Positions 12,211 through 22,014 of a stretch of DNA of 52,779 nt are shown here, piece after piece (positions within the stretch are counted from its first letter, which is position 1; every line of letters begins with the position of its first letter). Location: NCBI RefSeq assembly GCF_006345805.1, contig NW_021834447.1:1-52779 (forward strand). The letters are read 5' to 3'. The translations under genes were made by a program, and so were the position numbers. The notes beneath the pieces were generated by a model. That model made no database searches and was not told where the DNA came from. It was given only the letters and a program-made list of their open reading frames with translations. The DNA comes from Octopus sinensis. Its lineage: Eukaryota.

Positions 12211-12771
12211 TGTTGCATCCTTTAAAATTTCAGGAACACAAACCATAGAGCTTCAATTCCCGTTCGCAGTCTTCGATGAGATCCGTCAATTCTAATTTAT
12301 GGCGTGGAATTTAAACCAGAGCTGTAAACAATCCCTTATGTTTGTCATCCATTGGGCTACGCCTATGCTGGGGCACTGCCTTAAAGTGTTTTTGTCGAAC
12401 AAATCGACCCCAGTATTTGTTGTTAAGCCTGCTGCGTATTCTCGCGGTCCCTTCCGCTGATTTGCCTACGGTTACGCAACTTTATACTTTTGATTTCTTT
12501 ATTATTAATTAACAGAAAAACGAAAAACATGAATGCAATTATCATCAGCGGCAGGCAATTCTGCATCAGACGTAAATGCTTTGGAAATGATGTGGTAAAA
12601 ACGTGAAAAGTTTCAAGTGGTTGTAAGGAATTTAACAAGATTCCGATCGGCCAAATTACTGGGACGTGAAAAAACCAGAACCTGTTTCCAAGCGGTCATG
12701 GTGGATGAACTGAAACACATACACATATACATACACACGCTCACATATACATAGATATATACATATATGTA

Positions 12772-12834
<63 letters not shown>

Positions 12835-12989
12835 TATATATACATGTGTGTATATATAACAAAGTGAGTTTGGGGCTACCAATAAATATATATAATTGAA
12901 ATATAGTATAAAATCTTGTCGAGGATTTATCAAGTAGTTAGCGTGAGAAACCTCATAACGGAAAATTTATTAATTATTCCCTATAAATA

Positions 12990-13353
12990 TATTTATTTAT
13001 ATTAAGGGCATTACTATACACAAATGCCTCACGCTAGGAGGGTCTCTTGAAGTCAAAACTACTATAATGCCCACATTGTACCGAACGCGAGGGAATGCAA
13101 CTCTCAAAGCGAGCCTCCAGAAACAGACGTAGCTGAACATCATATGATTTCGTAATTAGTGCACAAAATGCACTTTTCACTCATCAGCGCAAGCATCGTC
13201 AAGACATATAAAAATAAACAGAAATCAACGTACCACACGAACACATATATCCTTGCATTTGATTCAATGTGGTTATTATAGTAGTATTGACTTCAAGAGT
13301 CCCTCTTAGCGCGGAACATTTCTATATAGTAATGCCCTTAATATAAATAAATA
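12990..13353. mobile_element. MITE-like element with ~90-bp imperfect terminal inverted repeats
   Basis: 12990-13079 (tatttatttatattaagggcattactat...gaagtcaaaactactataatgcccacattg) is the reverse complement of 13264-13353 with ~10 mismatches. Confidence 0.75.
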
Positions 13354-13378
13354 CATGTATATATACATATACATATAT

Positions 13379-13459
<81 letters not shown>

Positions 13460-13466
<7 letters not shown>

Positions 13467-14170
13467 TGGCAGGGCTGGCCTGCTAGGTAGCCGGCCAGAA
13501 TGCTAGAAGAAGATCATCAACGATCAAACTACAAGGGAAATTCTCTAGAGGAAGAATTCAGCGAACACCAGAACCAACTTTGGCGGGCAGGACATATGAA
13601 AAATTAAATAAATAACAGACTTAAATGCATACCTCGGTTTCGGTCTTAACAAAAGAATTACTTGCACTGGACTACTGGTTTTAAATTGATATTAAAATTA
13701 ATATTAATTTATCTCCCTCAATTTTTAAATATTTAAATAAATACGTTCCCTAGTTGTAAGCACTATCCGCAGTGAATTATTCACTGCAGCCCTTCGCTTC
13801 AGGAGTCTCTCAGCGCGCCAGAACCAAGACATTTGAAATTTTATTCCCGATGTAATCAGTAAGACTAAGCACGTGTCTGTCTTGACACAGAGAGCTGGGG
13901 TTAGTCTTGCAGTTTGCATCACGAGGACCGAATGTACTGAAGAAGTCACGGACACTTGAATTATGCAAGTAATTCTTTTGTTAAGACCGAAACCGAGGTA
14001 TGCATTTAAGTCTGTTATTTATTTAATTTTTCATATGTCCTGCCCGCCAAAGTTGGTTCTGGTGTTCGCTGAATTCTTCCTCTAGAGAATTTCCCTTGTA
14101 GTTTGATCGTTGATGATCTTCTTCTAGCATTCTGGCCGGCTACCTAGCAGGCCAGCCCTGCCAATATACA
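13460..14170. repeat. Foldback: 207-bp perfect inverted repeat with a 297-bp spacer
   Basis: 13460-13666 is the reverse complement of 13964-14170; I see no mismatch. The 68-bp segment 13667-13734 is directly repeated at 14213-14280. Confidence 0.9.
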
Positions 14171-14308
14171 CATATATTTGAATTTTCTCTGACTCCTCAG
14201 ATTTTTTGAATGCTGGACTACTGGTTTTAAATTGATATTAAAATTAATATTAATTTATCTCCCTCAATTTTTAAATATTTTATATATATATATATATATT
14301 ATATATAT

Positions 14309-14340
<32 letters not shown>

Positions 14341-14559
14341 GACGTGCGTATGTATATGTGTTTATATATATACATACATATTCATATATATATATATTAT
14401 TTTCTACTTTAAATACAGGTGTTCACTATATATAGAAACACTTCGAAGTGCTGAAGAGATTAGAACTTGAGACTTTAGATATGTAAAGAAACGACAAGCA
14501 AGCTAGATATTTATTTACATTTACATATGAAGATACATTGAATGGAAAACAAAAAGGTA

Positions 14560-15120
14560 AATGTGTATGGATATTAAGAAGACAGTCTAATTTTCAGATA
14601 AAACAGTATCACAAATAGTATAGGTAGAGTTTTAAATGTTCTACGGCCGTTTTAGGGATCTTTGTGGTCCTGATATATGACAGATATCAGGGTCCATTGT
14701 TGGATAACATCACCTCTCCGGGGGAAGAATTTTATTTTAAAGATTTTCCATTTAAAGTGTTGACATAATAGAGGTTAAAGACTGATTGATTTTATAATGG
14801 GTTACATTTATTAGGAGGGGGAGTTAGGGATGTTTAGACAGAGAATAGTTGCAAGATGGAGAAAATAGATTTCAAGATCATAACCGACTGATGGTGGAGA
14901 GTGGTAGGAAGTGGTTTAGTCTATGTCGAATTTAAATTAGTGAAAAAAGGATGGACCTAAGCGGTTCGATATCAGATAAGGGTATGAGAGGGAGATTATA
15001 ACTTCTATTCTAGGCTTTCCATCCGACTCATTTACCTCAGAAAATCTGACTTTGGTCGAATTAGTTAATGCATTATTGACCGTATTATACACCGTGTCAG
15101 GAATAACGTTGAGCTCCCGC
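14560..15120 (-). pseudogene. Possible decayed Penelope-like RT N-terminal fragment
   Basis: Interrupted frames RELNVIPDTVYNTVNNAL...NRLGPSFFH*, VGYDLEIYF. Resemblance by eye only. Confidence 0.3.
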
Positions 15121-15229
15121 TATGTAATTGCACTTGAGATGTTATTTTTGGTTTCCCTCTTTCCACCATAAACGCACGAATTTCCTTCAGTTTGACATGT
15201 CAAATTATTGCAATATTTACAATGGACAA

Positions 15230-15440
15230 GGCACCGAGTTGGCAGAAACGTTTGCACGCAGGGCAAAATGATTAGCGTTCTGTTTTGACGTTCTGAGCTC
15301 AAAATTCTGCCGATTTCGACTTTACCTTTCATCCTTTCGGGTTTGAAACATTAAGTACCCGTTGCATCGTGTGGTCGATCTAATCAATTGGGCCCTACCC
15401 CAAAATTTCGGGCGTTGTGACTAGAGTAGAAAAGAATATT
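15230..15440 (+). mobile_element. Second tRNA-derived SINE family
   Basis: gagttggcagaaacg...gttctgagctcaaaattc...cctttcatcctttcggg...ctagagtagaaaagaat. A related fragment lies at ~6080-6140. Confidence 0.65.
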
Positions 15441-15477
15441 TACAATCGAAGGACAGGTGTCCTCATCTTGTTAGTTG

Positions 15478-15525
15478 TTACTACAACGTTTCGGATGAGG
15501 AATTCTCCAGTCTTCTTCAGATGTC
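15478..15525 (-). ncRNA. Decayed hammerhead-like motif
   Basis: Minus strand: acat-CTGAAGA-agactggagaattcctcatcc-GAAA-cgtt. Palindromic AACGTT stem III, but stems I and II pair poorly. Confidence 0.3.
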
Positions 15526-15544
15526 CTGTTAACAATAAAGTGTA

Positions 15545-17230
15545 GACATCTACCCGTCCAATTCAAATATCATACATAATTCCTCAACTCTAAATTATAA
15601 AACAGTATCAAATGATTACCCGTCAATATCACAAATACTTTTGGATAAAGCCTTAATATTTGCCCGAAATTATGCTACCATCCGCAGATCGGATATGAAT
15701 ATCACTCTGGCAATGAAGAAAACTTTAATTCAATTTAAGTGTAATTATTGAACGCCCAACGAATCTATGGATTACTTCGATATAACAATGGAATCATCGG
15801 ACTCCGCCCACGCACAGACCTTGTGGGCTTGTTCCTCATCCCCCAGATTAAACAATGCTTCCCCAACATAACCGGCGGACAATAGAGGGATGATGCAAAT
15901 TCTTGCAGTAACTGGATTAACTGAACCTTCAGTAGAGCACACAAGGACAGCCCTACGCAAACTCTCCAACATCTTCATCCTAAGTATTTCATTCGAAATT
16001 GATACCAATATTTTGGACGTTAATCTTTAATTAAGCACTAACTTATACCGTCCTTTCTATAAACCCAACCAATCTTTACAATACTTAAATGTCCTCTCTA
16101 ATCATCCAAAACTTATCCCCTTTTAGCCTATATACATGTCTATCATTATAATCAGGCCCTCAAAATGAACAGAATTACCTATTATATCAATAACGCGAAG
16201 CTTAAAACTGAAATAGCAAATCTCTTCCACTGATTCAAAGGCCATTACTTCAACTCGACACCAATCCAGCAACTCCCAAAAAAGACTCACCTTAACTTCT
16301 TCGCATCACTGGCCACCTCGAGCCTATAACAACAACAAACCTCCATTTTCGAATCAGCGAACTTCATCCACACATTGTAAACAATCAAAGGCTAGGAAAC
16401 GCGAACTCCTATGGTTTGTATCACCGTTCTCGTTCCAAGTTAAATCTCTAGCAAAATTATTTTTCAAAATTATAAAATCTAATTGTTGTCCACAACGTAA
16501 ACAATCTTATCCTCTATTTAATAAATCATCAGTGAAGATCTCCTACTCTACTGCACCTAACAATAGTTATATATATAACTATATATAACTATATAATAAC
16601 CTCCTGGAAAAAAACATAAACTCCAACACCAGTCCTCTAAGTATCTCATCTCTTGCACTGCATTCTACAACCCTATCTACGAGACGACAAATATTAGTTC
16701 CATTACAACCTCCCAATCCGATACTAATATAAATCCTAATTTAGATTCTCCCCACTAACAACAAACCACCCAACATCAACATTACTATTAGTAAACCCCA
16801 ACCACTTGTAACTGTCGCGCTTCTGAAATATACGGTATGCAGACACCTGTCTCCTCAAAAGCGTAATCTATAAGTGTCACGTGAGGACCCCATGCACCCA
16901 CCAGGCAAAGGTGTATATTTATGGCACTGAGGATTTTGAATGCCGTTGTCGTGCTCATATGTATTCTTTCACTAATCCCAAATCTAAACTATTTCAATCT
17001 TTAGCAACACACATATACAACCTCAATTCAAAACAATGTCCAATACGCTCTATCGTGGTCCATAGTATGTGAAGCTCCCCTCTACAACACACATATATAG
17101 GGAAATGTATATTATGTATAAAAGAGTCATTAACTATTCTTCGCCTCCACAACTCCTCGCTGTTAAATTCTCTGACGTTATTTATTCATGTAAGCATAAA
17201 TACTGCCCGACATTCATGCACTCCACTAAT
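15545..17230 (+). mobile_element. Decayed Penelope-like element (RT plus C-terminal GIY-YIG, Naiad-like architecture)
   Basis: Interrupted frames: DYPSISQILLDKALIFARNY, YFDITMESSDSA, DLVGLFL, RDD, NILDVNL..NLYRPFYKPN..YLNVLSNHP. Then TCNCR..TCLLKSVIYKCHV..KVYI..HMYSF..LATHIY..WSIVCEAPLY..CILCIKE..LLN..CKHK. Confidence 0.85.
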
Positions 17231-17256
17231 TCTAAATAATCCTATAGCAAGCCCCC

Positions 17257-17832
17257 AGGCCCATCAAAGCTCTAACGTAAAACAAGAGTCAACCTGACAA
17301 TCGACAAGTCAACACAATTTATTCCAAGTATTATGATCAATCGCTTTTTCATCCCCCTCTCAGCCTCCTAAATCTCACCAACACACATCACAAATTTCTT
17401 CAAAGTTTTGCAATTCAACCGCCTCTACTGTCATTTGACCCTTCTCGGCCTCAAGCAACACTTAACAAAACTCAACTACTAAGAAAAATACCGACCCGAT
17501 TTTTTGTACTACTAACATTCTTAACCACTCCCTCGTACCTGAAATGTGTCCTTAAAAAAGACCCCACTTGTAATTTGAGATGGAATTGCTGTTTCATTAG
17601 TGTACCAGCTAGAAGGGGATATTCCTTCAACATTCAGATGAATTACTTATTTCTTCACAACGTTTACAATTAATCATACGTTATCTTCTAGCTTTGAGAT
17701 TTTGATTATGTGATTGCTTAATTTTAGAATAACATTGCATGGTGGTTGTGAAAGGGCTGATCTGTTCAGTTTCAACAGAAATCAGGAAGAATATTTGGGC
17801 CCGACGTGGCCAATGCCAATGCCAATGCTAAT
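17257..17832 (+). repeat. Paralog of 6143-7053
   Basis: Direct sequence match, without the insert. Confidence 0.85.
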
Positions 17833-18254
17833 TTTGTTGCAATGCTAATGCCATTGCAAAAAATTTTTGACGTAGTATATATATATATATCTCCCTCTCT
17901 ATAACACGCACGATCAAACACACACACACAATTTCACACCTTACTACTAAGTATATTTGACGTTTGTCTCCCTCACACACACAATAACACATACACACAC
18001 AGACACAAATGAACTTATATTCACACTCATACACATACACAAACACTCGCACTCATTAACACAAGCACACACCCGCACATCCCCATACATACAACATACA
18101 TATTGTCCCCTACTCATTTTTACTACTGCCTCCTTCTACCCATTTTTGAAGCCATTGCTTATAACGGAATATTTTTATAAAAAACACTCATTATCACTGT
18201 GGTCACCATATAGGCAATTATCAAAATTTTGTTCCTCTTGTGGCTGAAAGAGGC

Positions 18255-18351
18255 TCCTTATCTTTCCTGATGAGAAGATGGCATAATGCCCCATTTATTC
18301 CTTCGGAATTAAAAGTATGCCGTCTTCGAAACATCTGTCGAGAGTAAAGGA
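18255..18351 (+). ncRNA. Type I hammerhead ribozyme with canonical core
   Basis: CTGATGA 18267-18273; 12-bp stem II GAAGATGGCATA/TATGCCGTCTTC; GAAA 18328-18331; stem III AC(A)..(T)GT; GUC triplet 18337-18339; stem I CTTTC/GAGAG plus TCCTT/AAGGA around a 2x2 loop. Confidence 0.85.
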
Positions 18352-18639
18352 ATTTTGTTAAAATCTTCGTTCGACTCCATTCTTTCATTTATTCAATATA
18401 TATTATTATATATTTATTTATTATATTTAATATATATATATATATATATTTTATTGTTTATGTTTATTTGTGTGTGTGTGTGTGTTGTGTGTGTTGTGTT
18501 ATTGTAATATCGTGTATATATATTATATATATATATATATATACTATATATATTTATACATTCATGCACATTTGTGTGGTGTGATGTCATAGTGCGTGTG
18601 TGTGTGTAGGTGTGTGTGTGTCTTATACGAATCAACAAA

Positions 18640-18960
18640 AATGAGAAATATTAGCAGAAGAAACTGATATCCAAAAACCTTTCAACCACACAAGACGTAC
18701 TAAAAGAATTGAATGAACTCAGCTTGGAAAAAGGAGACATACAAAAAGAGAAATCAAATGAAAAACATCCGGGTTAAGATATTAAATAAAAGAAACCAAG
18801 CATATTGCAGAGCCCTAAACAATGAAAACCTAGCCAACACTTATGAACAGTGGAGGGGCAGAGAAGAAGTAATACTCTCAAGAAACTTTCGTATCAAAGA
18901 AATAACGTCAGAAGCAAAGGAAGAAACAAAAAATATTTGAGAAAAATCGTTTAAAAGCGA
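18640..18960 (+). pseudogene. Decayed retroelement-like ORF fragment, family unassigned
   Basis: KILNKRNQAYCRALNNENLANTYEQWRGREEVILSRNFRIKEI looks protein-like. Longer in copy B (47596-48060). Confidence 0.3.
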
Positions 18961-19666
18961 CATTAACCGGAAATGATCAAAATATTGTTATACGATCAGA
19001 CGACAGATTTTTCATGTTTTAGAATCATCTCACTTTTGCTCGATAACTATTGATCATCGATCTCTTCCCAAATACAACGTCTAAAGTCAACATTAAAATG
19101 AAGTACATTTCTAAATTCTTTGTTAGACCCTCCAGTGTTCACATTGTCATCCACCATTCTCTTCGTGAGGAATCTCTGAAGCTTAAGCTGGATGTGCTAG
19201 AAATAGCAGCCAAATATTTCCTGTGAGCAGACGATAGAATCATTAACGATACTGTCACTTCAGAAAATCACGTTATCAATAAGGATAATAACTTAAATGG
19301 TGTATATAATGATCGCCACGGAAGGAAACGATACAAATTTATTTAACAACTGTGTCGTTTCAGAAAATTACGTTTGTGAAATAAAGTTTATGATAGAGAA
19401 ATTATAACAATTCTGAAGAGGAGGAGTTAAAGGTTTTAGCAGCTTTAAAGTTATGGGAAAAGAATTTTCGTTATCAAAGTAGCAATATTTTATACGAATG
19501 AAGGATGACAGGCGAGGATTTTGTGGTATGAAGGGTCTTCAAGTGTATATGTCCTGGTCTGTGTGGTGTGTGTGTGTGTGTTGTTTGTTGTGCGTGTGTG
19601 TGTGTGATGCACTGAGATATATAACGATTATAAAATTGACACATAATTATATTCCAAACTTCTATA

Positions 19667-20090
19667 GGCGCGGGAGTGGAGTGTGTGGTAAGTAGCTTGC
19701 TTACCAACCACATGGTTCCGGGTTCAGTCCCACTGCGTGGCACTTTGGGCAAGTGTTTTCTACTATAGCCTCGGGCCGACTAAAGCCTTGTGAGTGGATT
19801 TAGTAGACGGAAACTGAAAGAAGCCCGTTGTATATATGCATATATATATATATATATATATCTATATCCGTGTGTGGTTTGTGTGTCAGTGTTTGTCTCC
19901 CCCCCCAACATCGCTTGACAACCGATGCTGGAGTGTTTACGTCCCTGTAAGTTAGCGGTTCGGCAAAAGAGACCGATAGAAGAAGTACTAGGCTTACAAA
20001 GAATAAGTCCTGGTGTCGATTTACTCGACTAAAGGCGGTGCTCCAGCATGGTCACAGTCACATGACTGAAACAAGTAAAAGAGTAAAAAA
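19667..20090 (+). mobile_element. tRNA-derived SINE (full length, same family as 670-991)
   Basis: A-box-like TGG(C/A)(T/G)GTGTGG and B-box-like GGTTCAGTCCC; internal (TA)n/(TG)n; A-rich end. Confidence 0.85.
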
Positions 20091-20304
20091 GAGAGAGAGA
20101 GAGCTCATCTGCACCAAAACTCAATCAATAGCTTGATGTCCTATTTTCATAGGAGTGAGGGGAAGAGGGAGGGGAAGACATGCAGGGGTCTCTAAACTGT
20201 TTAATGTATTTCTATCTCAGATAGTCTCCAGTATTCTGGATGCCTTCTGCAAAAAGTGAAAGATAAAAATAAATTGAAAATAACAGCTAATTGTCTGCCG
20301 GTAT

Positions 20305-20373
<69 letters not shown>

Positions 20374-20499
20374 TGTGTGTGTGTTTGTGTGTGATGCAAT
20401 GAGATACATAACCATGCCTAAGTGTTTCTTTAATATAAAACTGAAGTGAATATTAATGATAATATTAAATGATAATATTAAATGACATAATTTTACTGT

Positions 20500-21125
20500 G
20501 AAGGAGGTTTAGTCTTCAATGTTTTCAATCTCATCCACCACTCTAATTCTTTAGCCACCGGGCAGAAGAAACTGCTCTTCCTTCCCGGCCTAAAGAAGGT
20601 GGCGGAGCGATCTTTACAATCAACTCGGCGCATAAACTGGACGGACGAGTTCAGGACTATTTCATCGCCCTGCGCACAACCCCGATATATCCGTCCGACA
20701 ACACTTTCGTATCTGTAGAGCTTGTCTTGAATCGGCAGAGCTCCCCGGTAGCACTGCCAGGCCAGGGATTCCTGGAAGTTAAAGACCAGTTAGTTGATTC
20801 ACCCCACCAACGCCCAGAATTTACCCCGATTTCGTCGTTGTTCTTTCCCCTCTACTAATCCCCTATAGAAATCCATGGTGGAACGCCCGCGTTGCCCGAC
20901 TGACAGAAAGCTGTGAGAGCTTGCCGACACTCCAGGTGCCAAGCGCCCTTTCTTGGCCAACGCTTGACTCAGTACTGTAGCTTCATCAATGAGACGAGCT
21001 GCGGAAAGACCCACTTGACAAATAGTCAATCCCCATGCTCACCGTTAAAGAAACGCAGGAGATGTCGCGGTCTCAGCGCATGTCTGCAAATCATTACCGA
21101 CGGCATGTCCAGTACTCCACTGAGA
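20500..21125 (-). mobile_element. Decayed Tx1-like ORF2 C-terminal fragment
   Basis: DFYRGLVEG, FQESLAWQCYRGALPIQDKLYRY, VAKELEWWMRLK match the 8859-10994 protein. Confidence 0.8.
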
Positions 21126-21254
21126 GGTTTTGACAGCAGATATATACACTCTACACAATCATTTCATTATTATTATATTATTATTATTATTTAAACACAT
21201 ACAAGCACAAATATACACACACATATACATAAAGATTTACACATATACATAAAG

Positions 21255-21796
21255 TTATGCCAACATTATGGAATAACAGAAAAAAGATGGTATAGGCAGA
21301 CACCAGAAAAGGTCACAGAGAAACGACAAAGCAACCATACTCTGGGGTATGCCGAAACACACAGATAGAGAAATTAAGAACAACAGACCAGATATAGTTG
21401 TCAGAGATCATGAAAAAAAAATGCTTTCTAATTGATGTATCAATACCGGCAGATGACAACGTGTCTCTAAAAGAAATGGAGAAACTTTCAAAATACAAAG
21501 ACCTGGAAATAGAGGTAACCCGAATGTGGAATCTAAAAACAGAAACAATTCCTATCATAGTAGGCGCATTAGGTATGATAAACAAATATTCAGACAAATA
21601 CATAACAAAAACACCAGGACTTACAAACACATATAACATACAGAAAATTGCACTACTAGGCACTGCACACATCCTACGCAGAACACTTTCCATACAATAA
21701 CCATCAGAGCATCACAACAAATCACAGCACATACCCAAGGCACACAGAGCTGCGCTCGGTAGTGAAGTGAAAGCACGCTATAAAAAAAAACTACTG
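21255..21796 (+). mobile_element. Short 3' fragment of an R4/Dong-like RLE retrotransposon
   Basis: RPDIV..KCFLIDVSIP..EKLSKYKDL (PD-D/ExK nuclease). The 3' end ctactg joins (AAT)n. Confidence 0.88.

Positions 21797-22014
<218 letters not shown>

Noticed and set aside
12480-12550. Minus-strand CTGATGA with a downstream GAAA
   Set aside because: No stem II closure or stem III; chance match in AT-rich DNA.
15545-17230. Possible selenocysteine (UGA) recoding, as known for some Naiad elements
   Set aside because: The endonuclease Cys positions I could read are TGT. The in-frame stops fall among many frameshifts and fit ordinary decay.
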